DNA of 64,000 nt, taken from Desulfurivibrionaceae bacterium. GTDB lineage: Bacteria > Desulfobacterota > Desulfobulbia > Desulfobulbales > SURF-16. This document shows, in pieces, positions 18,407-28,403 of this stretch. Numbering within the stretch: the first letter of the stretch is position 1; every line of letters begins with the position of its first letter. A program made the position numbers and the translations under genes. The notes below the pieces were generated by a model. The model did not search any database. It was not told where the DNA came from and saw only the letters and a program-made list of their open reading frames with translations. The stretch is from contig JAVLBA010000005.1 of assembly GCA_031581485.1 (NCBI GenBank), forward strand, positions 1,280 to 65,279, written 5' to 3'.

Positions 18407-18682
18407 TTATTCCTGAGGACGCTGCCAGATCAACTGCCCATCTTTCCAGACTCTCCTCACCCTGTGCCAGGGGATGGCACAGATTGCACCGTCCATCCCT
18501 TTGAGCTGCATGGACGCATGGTGGTCTTGATCCCACAGGATCTCCTGAAAAGGTACGGCTCTTATCTCATCGGCAACCCGGTCATAGTAACCCACGACAA
18601 AATCACCCTTGCCAAAATCTTCATCCCACCGAATCCTGCTGAGCAACTTCTGAATGGGTATCATGGGCACATCTCCCTCCAT
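18407..18682 (-). CDS. DUF504-like small protein
   Basis: IQKLLSRIRWDEDFGKGDFVVGYYDRV...IPWHRVRRVWKDGQLIWQR. Start uncertain (Met at 18682 or 18664); the track ORF is over-extended. Confidence 0.6.
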   Translation of the reverse strand: MEGDVPMIPIQKLLSRIRWDEDFGKGDFVVGYYDRVADEIRAVPFQEILWDQDHHASMQLKGMDGAICAIPWHRVRRVWKDGQLIWQRPQE

Positions 18683-18779
18683 AAGAGTGGTCGGCAGAAG
18701 GCAGAGACCCAGGAATTCCCCCTCCTCGGGCTGACCAAGGGGTTCCCGGCGCTGGCGCCTCTGCGGCCTCAGGCCCGTC

Positions 18780-19616
18780 TCAGTCGTTGCCCAGCCTGAT
18801 ACCAGCGGCGTCAATGGTGATGAGCCTTTTTTTATAGAGGCTGCCTATGGCCTTTTTAAAGGTTTTTTTACTTACCCCGAACAGGGAGTAGATATCTTGG
18901 GGCCGGCTTTTATCCGTCACGGCAATGGAGCCGCCATGCTCCTTGATGGTCTCCAGAATGGCCTGGGCCACTTCATCAACCCCCTGCAGGCCTGGTTTCT
19001 GCAGGCTCAAGTCGATCTTGCGGTCATCGCGTATTTTTTTTATGTAGCCCTTGAGCTCCTGGCCCAGGGCAAGCCTCTGAAACACCTCGTTTTCATAGAG
19101 CATGCCCCCGTGGGCCTGATTGATAAGGGCGCCATAGCCCAGCTCATTTTTCTCATAAATAATCAGGTCCACCTCTTGGCCCTCTTCATAGTCAGGAGGC
19201 CGGGTATCAAAAAATTTAGCCAGCTTTGCAGAGGCGGCAATGCGGTTGTTTTTCTCATTAAGGAAGATAAAGACCAGATAGGATTTGCCTTCCGCCATCT
19301 GCTCCTGCTGTTCACTCTTGGGCACAAAGAGGTCCTTTTCCAGCCCCCAGTAGAGATAGGATCCGGACGCCGAGTTGGCCACCACCCGCAGACGGGCAAA
19401 CTGCCCCACCGTGGCATAGGGTTTCAGGGTGGTGGCGCATAGATGGTCCTCCCGATCCGGATAGACAAAGACCTCGATCTCCTCACCAGGCCGGCATTTT
19501 TCCGGATCATACTTGCCCTTGAGGAGAATGTCCCCGCAGGCGCCGCCATCCAGGTGGAGGCCGTAGTCCCGCGTTCTTTTTATGACAAGTCTATTTATCC
19601 CGCCGATCTGGACCAT
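18780..19616 (-). CDS. S1-domain RNA-binding protein, CvfB/YitL family
   Basis: Repeated S1-like modules and a C-terminal winged-helix-like tail (FGVSKKTFKKAIGSLYKKRLI). Confidence 0.8.
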   Translation of the reverse strand: MVQIGGINRLVIKRTRDYGLHLDGGACGDILLKGKYDPEKCRPGEEIEVFVYPDREDHLCATTLKPYATVGQFARLRVVANSASGSYLYWGLEKDLFVPKSEQQEQMAEGKSYLVFIFLNEKNNRIAASAKLAKFFDTRPPDYEEGQEVDLIIYEKNELGYGALINQAHGGMLYENEVFQRLALGQELKGYIKKIRDDRKIDLSLQKPGLQGVDEVAQAILETIKEHGGSIAVTDKSRPQDIYSLFGVSKKTFKKAIGSLYKKRLITIDAAGIRLGND

Positions 19617-19673
19617 TTTCTCCCCTCTGTATGGGTTACCTGTGCTCAGTGCTGTTGCCCGCCAGGGGCGACT

Positions 19674-20150
19674 CTATACCCCGAACTCCGCCTCATAGCC
19701 CACGGTGAAGGGGGTGGTTATCTTGTTGCGGAGGCTCAGGAAGTGGCCTTTTTTGGCAGCAAAGGGACACAGTGGCATGACACACGGTTCAAAGCCAAAC
19801 TTCTGATAAAAAACGGGATCCCCCAGGACAAAGATGGTGTTTGCCTTGATCACCTCCTGCCGCAAGGCAAAGCGCAGCAGCTCAGAGCCGACCCCCTGCC
19901 TTTGGTACTCCGGTTTCACTGCCATGGGCGCCAGATGCAGGCCACACACCTCAGAGCCGTTATAGGCCTTTGAAAAGGCGATATAGGCGATGACCCTGTT
20001 GATATGGATACAGACCCACTCATGCACGGGCGTACCATTCTTGTGGAAATTTTCAACTAATCGCACCTCATAATTGCTGCCAGGAAAGGCCTGGATCAGC
20101 AAGGCAGAGGCCTTGGCATACATTTCTGGGGTAAGTTTGCGTATTTTCAT
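19674..20150 (-). CDS. GNAT-family N-acetyltransferase
   Basis: Acetyl-CoA motif VKPEYQRQGVGSELL; YhbS-like size (158 aa). Confidence 0.8.
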   Translation of the reverse strand: MKIRKLTPEMYAKASALLIQAFPGSNYEVRLVENFHKNGTPVHEWVCIHINRVIAYIAFSKAYNGSEVCGLHLAPMAVKPEYQRQGVGSELLRFALRQEVIKANTIFVLGDPVFYQKFGFEPCVMPLCPFAAKKGHFLSLRNKITTPFTVGYEAEFGV

Positions 20151-20300
20151 AAATTGTAGAGGTAATAATCCATGGCTGATCGGGGTCTGCCCCCTCCCTT
20201 TGGGGCGGATTGGCCGAAAAAAACAGAGCGGTTAGCGAAAAATTGGGTACCCTAGGCGATTCCCGACGTTTTCGCCACAGAGTTATAAGGAGCAAATCCC

Positions 20301-20555
20301 ATGGCTGAAATAATCCCTCCAGATATCAAGAAAGACCTGGAAAAGGCAATCCTCCTGCATCAACGCGCCTCTGCCGATCACCAGAAATGCCAGGAATTCA
20401 ACAAGCTGATGTCTGAGCTGTTGAGCCGCCTGGAAGACGCCGGCTGCAACAAAACCGCCGACAAGGTGATGGGCATCCTCCTCGACTGCAATCCAAAGGC
20501 CGGGGCCAGCTGCGACAAGGCCACCATCACCTCCGAAAAAATGAAGAAATTCTAA
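20301..20555 (+). CDS. hypothetical small protein (84 aa)
   Basis: AAGGAG 9 nt before the ATG; helical-looking, 4 Cys. No family recognised. Confidence 0.45.
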   Translation: MAEIIPPDIKKDLEKAILLHQRASADHQKCQEFNKLMSELLSRLEDAGCNKTADKVMGILLDCNPKAGASCDKATITSEKMKKF

Positions 20556-20575
20556 AGGGCGCTCTTGGCCGGCAA

Positions 20576-21928
20576 TCAGCTCAAGGAATGCAGGCCTATC
20601 TGACGGAGCAGGTGCTTGAGGCGGAGATGGGCGACATCGATATCAGCCAGAGAGGCAAAGGCCTTGACCGCCTCGGGATGGGCGAGATCAAAGCCGCTGC
20701 GCAGAGGGTGCCGGCCCAGCAGGCCGGCCACAAAGGCACGCTGCAGGCGATCACCTGATTCCTCCGACTGCTCGGTATCAGCCAGGTGATACCAGGCCCG
20801 GAAGGCCGGCTCCTGCAGGGCCCGGCGGGCCTCCTGCTGCAGGCCCTGGGTGGCGGCAAAGCCGTGCCGGAACAGATCGCTCATGTAACGGAGCGCCAAG
20901 AGATCAGCGGCCCGGGCAACAGCCTCTGGGCCAGCCAACGGCAATTGCGGCTCCTGCCGGGCGATCAGGCTTTCCAGGCCAAGGCAAATGGTGTCCCGTA
21001 CCCGCTCGGCAATATCGGTTATCTGTTTGGTATCCTGGGTTTTTTCGCCATAGGCGATGATGGCGCTGTTGATGACCCAGACCAGCTCCTGCTCCAGACG
21101 GGCCAGCCCTTCCTGATCATTGATCAGGGACAGGGCCTGCTGCAGCAGGGTGGAGTCGGTGAAGGGCACGGCATAGACGGAGGGCACCCGGCTAACCGGA
21201 CTCTCCAGCCGCTGCTCCGGCCGGGCCAGGGGCTGTTGGGGGCCAGGCCGGGAGAAGAGGATATCCGCTTCCTCCGGAGTGACAAAACCGATATCCTGCA
21301 TACGGCCGTTGCGGAAGCGCAGGGCCTCTTCCTCGATCTGGCTGGGCAGATCAACGCGCACCTCGCTCAGCAGCTGGTGGGTGGCGGTGAGATCATATTG
21401 GTAGAGGGCATCCAGCACCGTGAAGGGATGGGTCCTGAAGGCCAGCTGGGATTTCAACTCCAGGAGATAGAAGCCGTCGGGGGTCATGGCGCGGACCGGG
21501 GCATCTTCATCCTCCTCATCCTGGGAAGGCACCTCATCCATATCCGGATCATAGACCGTGACGGTCTGGGCCAGAAAGAGGAGCTGCACCACATAGTCCA
21601 GAGCGAAAAAACCCTGGGCCAGGGCCTCAGGCCCGGCCAGGGCAAAGGCCGACAGCCACTCATCAAGACTATCGGGGGCAAAATCGTAGCGGCTCCAGCA
21701 ATCCAGATCAACGCCGGCCTCCAGTTGCTCCGGGCTGAGCTGCAGGAGAATGGGCAGGGATTGATCCAGGCCGATCTCCCTGACAATATAATATGCCTCC
21801 AGGGGTTCAAGGGCTGCCACCTCGTCGGCCAGATCAGGGGCAGCCAGCAACCGCTCGCCCCGGCGGGCCAGGGCCCGGGTCAGATCGGCGCGGAAGGGGG
21901 TCAATTCTATGATTTTGTTATCGCTCAT
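20576..21928 (-). CDS. conserved hypothetical protein (acidic, 450 aa; possibly DUF6178-like)
   Basis: Long ORF with protein-like composition. Family name is from memory only and weak. Confidence 0.55.
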   Translation of the reverse strand: MSDNKIIELTPFRADLTRALARRGERLLAAPDLADEVAALEPLEAYYIVREIGLDQSLPILLQLSPEQLEAGVDLDCWSRYDFAPDSLDEWLSAFALAGPEALAQGFFALDYVVQLLFLAQTVTVYDPDMDEVPSQDEEDEDAPVRAMTPDGFYLLELKSQLAFRTHPFTVLDALYQYDLTATHQLLSEVRVDLPSQIEEEALRFRNGRMQDIGFVTPEEADILFSRPGPQQPLARPEQRLESPVSRVPSVYAVPFTDSTLLQQALSLINDQEGLARLEQELVWVINSAIIAYGEKTQDTKQITDIAERVRDTICLGLESLIARQEPQLPLAGPEAVARAADLLALRYMSDLFRHGFAATQGLQQEARRALQEPAFRAWYHLADTEQSEESGDRLQRAFVAGLLGRHPLRSGFDLAHPEAVKAFASLADIDVAHLRLKHLLRQIGLHSLS

Positions 21929-22144
21929 ATTCTCTGCTGAAAAAAGAAGGTGGAGAGGGTGGCTCTTTGCCCTGATTATGACATGAAACAGGTCTTGATG
22001 GAAAAAAGAAAGTTCTCACCTGAAAAAGTTCCCGAACAGGGGCTTATAGCAGATACCGCCTGGACTACCAAGAGGTATCTCCCCTCTTTCCCCGGAGCTG
22101 ACTTGCATCAGCCCATAATTACGTTTAGGATAGAGCGCCACCTG

Positions 22145-22186
22145 GACAGGGGGGTGCTGCCGGCACCATGGTCCCCTGTTTTTTTT
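22145..22186 (+). terminator. strong Rho-independent terminator-like hairpin with U8, upstream of topB
   Basis: GACAGGGG-GGUGC-UGCCG-GCACC-AUGGU-CCCCUGU followed by UUUUUUUU. It ends 36 nt before the topB ATG, and there is no plus-strand gene upstream. Confidence 0.6.
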
Positions 22187-22222
22187 AAGAGCCCAATGTC
22201 ACCCCCCTGAGAAAACAGCCCC

Positions 22223-24316
22223 ATGAAGGTAATTATTGCCGAAAAGCCCTCCGTGGCCCGCGACATCGCGGCTGTCCTTGATATCACGGCAAAAAAGAAG
22301 GGGTATATCGAAGGGCGGGGTTGCGCCGTCACTTGGGCCTTCGGCCATCTGGTGACGCTGCAGGAGCCGGGGGAATATGATCCGGCCCTCAAGCGCTGGT
22401 CCCTGGAGACCCTCCCCTTTGTCCCCAGAGAGTTCAAACTCACCCTGATCAAAAACCGGGGGGTGGCCGAGCAGTTCCAGGTTATCGCGTCGTTATGCCG
22501 GCAGGCCGAGGAAATTATCTGCGCCACGGATGCCGGCCGCGAAGGGGAGCTGATCTTCCGCTACATCCTGGCCCAGGCCGGCTGTGAGGAGAAGCCGATC
22601 CGCCGCCTCTGGCTCAACTCCCTCACCCCGGATGCCATCACCGAGGCCTTCAAAAACCTCAAGGATGGCCACGACTACGACGCCCTCTATGCCGCGGCGC
22701 GCTGCCGCAGCGAGTCGGACTGGATCGTCGGCCTCAACTCCACCCGCTACTACACGGTGAAACATGGCCGGATCGGCGGCGGCAGCGATCGGGTGCTCTG
22801 GAGTATCGGCCGGGTGCAGACCCCGGTGCTGGCCATGATCGTCGAACGGGACGACACCATCCTCGAGTTCCGGCCCCACCCCTTCTGGGAACTGGCCAGC
22901 CGCTACCGGGAGGTGGTCTTCAAATACCAGGGCAAGCGCTTTGAGACACCGGAGAAGGCCCAGGCCCTGCTCGCCAAAGTAGTTGACCATCCCTTTGCCA
23001 TTACCGGCAGTAAGGGCAAAGAGAAAAAAGAACAGCCGCCCCAACTCTTCGACCTCACCACCCTGCAGCGCCAGGTCAACAAGCTGCACGGCCTCTCGGC
23101 AGCCGACACCCTGGCCGCCACCCAGAATCTCTATGAAAAAAAACTGGTCACCTATCCCCGGACCGATTCCCGCTATCTCAGCCAGGACATGAAACCGCGC
23201 ATTGCCAAGATCATGGCCCAGCTCAAGGGCCGCTGGGCGGAGCAGATCGCGCCCCTCAACCTGGCGAAGCTGCCGTTTAGCAAGCGGATCATCGACGACA
23301 GCAAGGTCACCGATCACCATGCCATCATCCCCACCGGCATCAACCCGGGCAGTCTCGGCGCCCACGAGGAGCTGGTCTACAGCGCCATCACCATCCAGTT
23401 CATCGCCGCCTTCTACCCGGTCTGCCTCAAAAATATCACCACCGTGGACGGCGTCAGCAATCAGGTAAAGTTCCAGGCCAAGGGCACGCAGACCGTGGAG
23501 CCGGGCTGGACCATCCTCTTCCCCAAAAAGAAAGAGGGCGCCGAGGCGGCCGGCGACCAGGCCCTGCCGCTTTTTGCAGAAGGTGAAACCGGGCCCCATG
23601 CCCCCTACCTGCACGAAGGCAAAACCAAACCGCCCGGTCATTTCAGCGAGAACTCACTGTTGGGAGCCATGGAGGCGGCCGGCAAATTTGTCGAGGATGA
23701 CAGCCTGCGGGAGGCCCTCAAAGAGCGCGGTATCGGCACCCCGGCCACCCGGGCGGCGATCATCGAAACCCTGCTCCGGCGCAACTATATCCGCCGTGAC
23801 AAAAAACAGCTCCGCTGCACCGACATGGGCCGCTGCCTGATTGCCCTTATCCACGATCCCCTGCTCAAATCACCAGAAATGACCGGGGAGTGGGAGGCAA
23901 AGCTCAAACAGATCGAGCGCCGCCAGCTTGACCCGGATGTTTTCATGGCCGGTATCAGCGACTACATTGGCGCCCTGATCCAGAGCAGCGCCACCGAGCG
24001 GCTGGAGAGCGGGCGCTGGGGCAGCTGCCCGCTCTGCGGCCAAGAGGTTATCCAGGGCAAAAGGGCCTACGGCTGCTCGGGCTGGAAAGAGGGCTGCCCC
24101 TTTGTCCTTGAACCGGAGTACAGCGGCATAACCTTAGCCCCCCGGCAGATCCAGGTCCTGCTCCAGCAGCGCCTGCTGCCCCAGCCGGTGCGCATTGATG
24201 ATGAACTGCGCATGCTCATCCTCTCCACCCAGGGCATGCCCCTTGCTCTGCGCCTGCCCGCAGCCCACCGCCAGCAGAAAGAGCAGAAAAAGGGGCATCC
24301 TGCTCCCAAAGGCTGA
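22223..24316 (+). CDS. topB: DNA topoisomerase III (type IA) with C-terminal zinc ribbon
   Basis: TOPRIM MKVIIAEKPSVARDIA; WAFGHL; active-site region YPRTDSRYL; C-terminal CPLCG...CSGWKEGCPF. Confidence 0.93.
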   Translation: MKVIIAEKPSVARDIAAVLDITAKKKGYIEGRGCAVTWAFGHLVTLQEPGEYDPALKRWSLETLPFVPREFKLTLIKNRGVAEQFQVIASLCRQAEEIICATDAGREGELIFRYILAQAGCEEKPIRRLWLNSLTPDAITEAFKNLKDGHDYDALYAAARCRSESDWIVGLNSTRYYTVKHGRIGGGSDRVLWSIGRVQTPVLAMIVERDDTILEFRPHPFWELASRYREVVFKYQGKRFETPEKAQALLAKVVDHPFAITGSKGKEKKEQPPQLFDLTTLQRQVNKLHGLSAADTLAATQNLYEKKLVTYPRTDSRYLSQDMKPRIAKIMAQLKGRWAEQIAPLNLAKLPFSKRIIDDSKVTDHHAIIPTGINPGSLGAHEELVYSAITIQFIAAFYPVCLKNITTVDGVSNQVKFQAKGTQTVEPGWTILFPKKKEGAEAAGDQALPLFAEGETGPHAPYLHEGKTKPPGHFSENSLLGAMEAAGKFVEDDSLREALKERGIGTPATRAAIIETLLRRNYIRRDKKQLRCTDMGRCLIALIHDPLLKSPEMTGEWEAKLKQIERRQLDPDVFMAGISDYIGALIQSSATERLESGRWGSCPLCGQEVIQGKRAYGCSGWKEGCPFVLEPEYSGITLAPRQIQVLLQQRLLPQPVRIDDELRMLILSTQGMPLALRLPAAHRQQKEQKKGHPAPKG

Positions 24317-24518
24317 TTTTCTCAAAATCGGCCCCTTTATGCGGGCACCATCTTGCCCTGATAATTTTTTTACGCTCATTCCCCGCTTTTTTGAATGCAG
24401 ATGAGATCCGGCGCTTTCTGTTTACCGCCCGCACCCGGCAAGAGGTGCTCTTTAAAACCGGGGCGGCCCGATAAAGACGCCATCTTTCTTGACAAGAAGT
24501 GGCGCTACCTGAGAATAT

Positions 24519-25082
24519 ATGGAGAAGGGCTTTTTCAGGTCCTGCCAAAAACTTTCGGCAGGCGGCAGGAAACCAAAGAGCAATCAGGCCATGCCGCTGC
24601 GGCTGACACTAACCGCCTTCATGAGTCCATCCCCCTGGCGCCCAGGAGAGCTGCCTACTATGGTGATCCCCGATCTGACATTTTCCATCATCCTCGCCCT
24701 GGCCATCGCACTCCTTTTCGCCTGGATTCTGCGGCGCCAAGGCCCCCGCCGGGGTTTTCTCTGGTTTTTTCTGCCCATCTTCCTGGCTGTCTTTGCGGCC
24801 GGGATCTGGGGCAAGCCTGCTGGCGCCCCCCTGACCACCAGCAACTGGCTGCCTTTTTTAGGAGCCGGGGTTCTCATGGCCCTGCTGCTGAGCATCCTGG
24901 CCCCCCGCTTCCCCAAAATCGACCGTACGGCCCAGCTGGACCGCCAAAGAACCCTGGAAATCCTGGACGAGATTGAACAAAAAAAAGAAATCGCCACCTT
25001 GGCCTATATTTCCCTGAATCTTTTCTTCTGGGTCTTGATCGCCCTGCTGGTTGTCCTGATACTCATCCGCTATTTAACATAA
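24519..25082 (+). CDS. hypothetical membrane protein
   Basis: Several TM segments (FSIILALAIALLFAWIL, FLWFFLPIFLAVFAAGIW, FFWVLIALLVVLILI). True start probably internal (Met at 24591 or 24660). Confidence 0.5.
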   Translation: MEKGFFRSCQKLSAGGRKPKSNQAMPLRLTLTAFMSPSPWRPGELPTMVIPDLTFSIILALAIALLFAWILRRQGPRRGFLWFFLPIFLAVFAAGIWGKPAGAPLTTSNWLPFLGAGVLMALLLSILAPRFPKIDRTAQLDRQRTLEILDEIEQKKEIATLAYISLNLFFWVLIALLVVLILIRYLT

Positions 25083-25092
25083 AGATCCCTTG

Positions 25093-26973
25093 ATGGAAAA
25101 TACTCCCCAGCCCCCTCCGCAACAACCGCCGAAAAGTCCGCCGACCTTTTCCTGGATCATGATCTCCGTCCTCCTGTGGCTGGCTATTATTTCCCTGCTC
25201 AATCTCTACACCTCTGATCTCCAGACCAAGGAGCTTTCCTATACCGCCTTCAAGGAAAAAGTCGAGGCCGGCCAGGTCGAGACCGTTACCATCAAGGGCA
25301 ACCAGCTCACCGGCATCTTTACCGAGAGCGCCTCCAGAAATGGCGGCGCGGAAAAGGCGTCGGCCCAGTCGGGATTTGAGACGGTCATACCTTCTGTAGA
25401 AGACAAGTCGCTTCTGGAGTTTCTGGAGGAATATGGCGTGACCATCCAGGCCGAGGAGGAGGAACAGCCTCTTTTCTGGACGCTCCTTCTCTCCATGCTG
25501 CCGTGGCTGTTGATCATCGGTTTTTTCATATACACCAGCAGAAAGATGAGTCAGGGTTTCAAGGGGACCGACGGCCCTTTTGGTTTCAGCAAATCAAAAG
25601 CAAAGCTCTATACCAAATCCAAAGTGGAGACCACCTTCCAGGATGTGGCCGGACTCGATAACGCCAAACAGGAGCTGCGGGAGGTCGTTGACTTTCTCCG
25701 CGCCCCTGAAAAATATCATGCCCTGGGTGCGGAACTGCCCAAGGGGGTCCTCCTGCTGGGGCCGCCCGGGGTGGGCAAAACCCTCCTGGTGCGGGCCACG
25801 GCCGGAGAGGCAGGGGTGACCTTCTACAGTATCAGCGGCAGTGAATTCATCGAAATGTTTGTGGGCGTGGGTGCTTCCCGGGTCCGAGACATGTTTAACA
25901 ACGCCAAAAAGGAAGCGCCTTCCATCATCTTTATCGACGAGCTTGATTCCATCGGCCGGGTCCGCGGCACCGGCGTCGGAGGCGGCCATGACGAACGGGA
26001 GCAGACCCTGAACCAGATTCTTTCCGAGATGGACGGCTTCTCCGCCCAGGAATCCGTGGTGGTGATAGCGGCCACCAACCGGCCGGATGTCCTGGACCCC
26101 GCCCTGATCAGGCCAGGCCGCTTTGATCGGCAGATTACCCTGGACTATCCTTATAAGAAGGCGCGCCGCCAGATCCTGGAACTGCATTGCCACAACAAGC
26201 CCCTTGAGGAGGGCATTGATCTCGACAGTCTCGCCGCCCGCACCGTGGGTTTCAGCGGCGCCGACCTGAAGAATCTGGTCAACGAGGCGATCCTGATGAC
26301 CGCCCGCCGGAACGGGCACAAGGTAACCCAAGAAGATTTCGAGGAAGGCCGCGACAAGATCATCTTGGGCATTGCCCGCGAAGACCTGGTCGCAGAGAAT
26401 GAAAAAGAGGTGATTGCCTGTCACGAGGCGGGCCACACCCTGATGGCCCTCCTGATCCCGGGCGCCGACCCCATCAAGAAGGTCACCATCATTCCCCATG
26501 GCCGCTCCCTGGGGGCAACCGAACAGACACCCAAGGAAGACCAGCATAATTTCGGACGCAAGACCCTGATCAATCGCCTGAAAATTCTGTTGGGTGGCCA
26601 GGCCGCTGAAATTTTAATCTTCGATGATATTTCCACCGGTGCCGGCGATGACCTGAAGAGGGCCACGGAACTGGCCAGAAGAATGGTTTCCGAGTGGGGT
26701 ATGAGCGAGGAACTGGGTCCCGTGGCCTACCAGCACGGCGCTCCCCATCCCTTCCTGGGGCGGCAACTGGCCGAGGAGAAGGATTACAGCGAACAGACCG
26801 CCTGGCTCATCGACAAGGAAATCCAGGAACTCCTCCGCCGCATGAAACAGGAAGCCCTGGAAACCTTGAGCAGCAACCGGGACAAACTGGACCGGTTACG
26901 CAAGGAGCTGTGGCAGCACGAAACCCTCTCCATCGAGGAGATAAGGAAACTGCTGGACATGGCGGAAGAATGA
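25093..26973 (+). CDS. ftsH: ATP-dependent zinc metalloprotease FtsH
   Basis: Two N-terminal TM segments, Walker [11 protein letters not shown], Walker [12 protein letters not shown], zinc motif HEAGH. Confidence 0.95.
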   Translation: MENTPQPPPQQPPKSPPTFSWIMISVLLWLAIISLLNLYTSDLQTKELSYTAFKEKVEAGQVETVTIKGNQLTGIFTESASRNGGAEKASAQSGFETVIPSVEDKSLLEFLEEYGVTIQAEEEEQPLFWTLLLSMLPWLLIIGFFIYTSRKMSQGFKGTDGPFGFSKSKAKLYTKSKVETTFQDVAGLDNAKQELREVVDFLRAPEKYHALGAELPKGVLLLGPPGVGKTLLVRATAGEAGVTFYSISGSEFIEMFVGVGASRVRDMFNNAKKEAPSIIFIDELDSIGRVRGTGVGGGHDEREQTLNQILSEMDGFSAQESVVVIAATNRPDVLDPALIRPGRFDRQITLDYPYKKARRQILELHCHNKPLEEGIDLDSLAARTVGFSGADLKNLVNEAILMTARRNGHKVTQEDFEEGRDKIILGIAREDLVAENEKEVIACHEAGHTLMALLIPGADPIKKVTIIPHGRSLGATEQTPKEDQHNFGRKTLINRLKILLGGQAAEILIFDDISTGAGDDLKRATELARRMVSEWGMSEELGPVAYQHGAPHPFLGRQLAEEKDYSEQTAWLIDKEIQELLRRMKQEALETLSSNRDKLDRLRKELWQHETLSIEEIRKLLDMAEE

Positions 26974-27041
26974 GCAGCAGCAGTTTCCTGGCGCCCAATC
27001 TCCCTGCAGCAGGCAATGAGGTGGCAGAAGGGAGCTGGCCC

Positions 27042-27317
27042 CTACATGCCGACGCCGAACATTGCCTCAAGGTCATGGCGCGAAAATGCCTTAAAAGCCA
27101 GCATTGTCTCTGATTTTAAGATTGCCTGGATGCTGAGCATTTTTTTGGTGACAAGATCTGCAAGGGCATCATTGGAAGGGACATGAACAATGGCAATAAG
27201 ATCATAATTGCCGCTTACAGAATAGACTTCCGACACCCCCTCCATCTCGGCCACCTGCTCGGCCACTTCGTTAATTTTTGTCCTTTCCGTATTTATGAGA
27301 ATTATTGAGGTGACCAT
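27042..27317 (-). CDS. standalone Lrp/AsnC ligand-binding (RAM) domain protein
   Basis: MVTSIILINTERTKINEVAEQVAEMEGVSEVYSVSGNYDLIAIVHV... is the typical RAM fold pattern. Start trimmed to Met 27317. Confidence 0.7.
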   Translation of the reverse strand: MVTSIILINTERTKINEVAEQVAEMEGVSEVYSVSGNYDLIAIVHVPSNDALADLVTKKMLSIQAILKSETMLAFKAFSRHDLEAMFGVGM

Positions 27318-27573
27318 CTTCACTCCCTGTCCAATTTTTGTAGTCCATGCTTTTTTTTGCAGGCCCTCGCCGCAGTGGAGACTTTTCCCCAAGCCATAAT
27401 CAGCCATGGAGTCTCCAGGATACGGCGCAGCCGTTCACCGCATCCTACGGCCTGCCTCCAATAAAAACAACATGATTGTTTTTCCCACTTTTGGAGAAGA
27501 TATTTCCCTCTCAGCGGCAACAGCAGCCCACTTGGGCGGCAAGGGGTGGCGGCCATCCGGCTGGCACGCCTGC

Positions 27574-28341
27574 CTACCGGTATCTGGCATAAAAGGTCTT
27601 TGTCACCGCCCAGAGATCGGGCGTCAACAGGCGCTCCACCTTCTCCCTGATCGCAGAGGGAACGCTTCCGTAAAAGGCCTCGGCTATGCCGCCACTCATA
27701 CAGGCCAGGGTATCGCTGTCCCCTCCCAGGGAAACAGCATTGCGGACGGCGTCTTCGTAGGAATCCGAGTCGAGAAAGGCAATAAGCGCCTCGGGCACAC
27801 TCCCTTGGCAGGAGACATCAAAGGCATAAAAGGGCCGGATCTCATCCACGGTGCGGTGGAGGTTGTAACCAAACAATTCTTGGAGGCGGGCCCGCAGGGT
27901 TTCTTTATGATGACCGGTCCGGGCAAGATAGACGGCAAGGGCCACGGCCTGGGCCCCCTTGATCCCCTCAGGGTGGTTGTGGGTGATTCCTGCCGTCAGC
28001 CGCGCCTGGTGCAGCACCTCCTCCTCGGTGGAGAAGGCAAAGCCGACAGGACTCACCCGCATGGCAGCGCCGTTACCCCAGCTGTTATAGGGTTGGGGGG
28101 CGTCGGCCTGCAACCAGCGGCTGAAGGCCCCCCCGTAACCGGCACCGGGATGGACGCGCCCCATCCTCCTGATTGCATTGACATACGAGCCACCCGAGAG
28201 GATGGCAGCGGCCACCGCCACAGTGAGCACCGTGTCATCCGTGAAGGTTGAGCGCGCCTGAAAGAGAGGGAAATCTTTGGTCTTGATCCGGTGATGCTCG
28301 TATACCGAGCCGATTATGTCGCCGGCGATGGCTCCTATCAT
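27574..28341 (-). CDS. ADP-ribosylglycohydrolase-family protein
   Basis: MIGAIAGDIIGSVYE...FTDDTVLT...GNGAAMRVSP...THNHPEG...LGGDSDTLACMSGGIAEA are ARH signature blocks. AAGGGAGAG precedes the ATG. Confidence 0.85.
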   Translation of the reverse strand: MIGAIAGDIIGSVYEHHRIKTKDFPLFQARSTFTDDTVLTVAVAAAILSGGSYVNAIRRMGRVHPGAGYGGAFSRWLQADAPQPYNSWGNGAAMRVSPVGFAFSTEEEVLHQARLTAGITHNHPEGIKGAQAVALAVYLARTGHHKETLRARLQELFGYNLHRTVDEIRPFYAFDVSCQGSVPEALIAFLDSDSYEDAVRNAVSLGGDSDTLACMSGGIAEAFYGSVPSAIREKVERLLTPDLWAVTKTFYARYR

Positions 28342-28403
28342 GGCGCTCTTACTCTCCCTTCTATCCGCTTCTCGCTCTTTGGCCCCGCAAGGGCCGGTGA
28401 GGT

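Noticed and set aside
24489-24525. TTGACA hexamer upstream of the membrane-protein/ftsH genes as a promoter.
   Set aside because: No acceptable -10 hexamer at 16-19 nt spacing (only AGAATA / AATATA / TATATG at shifting distances), so it is left uncalled.
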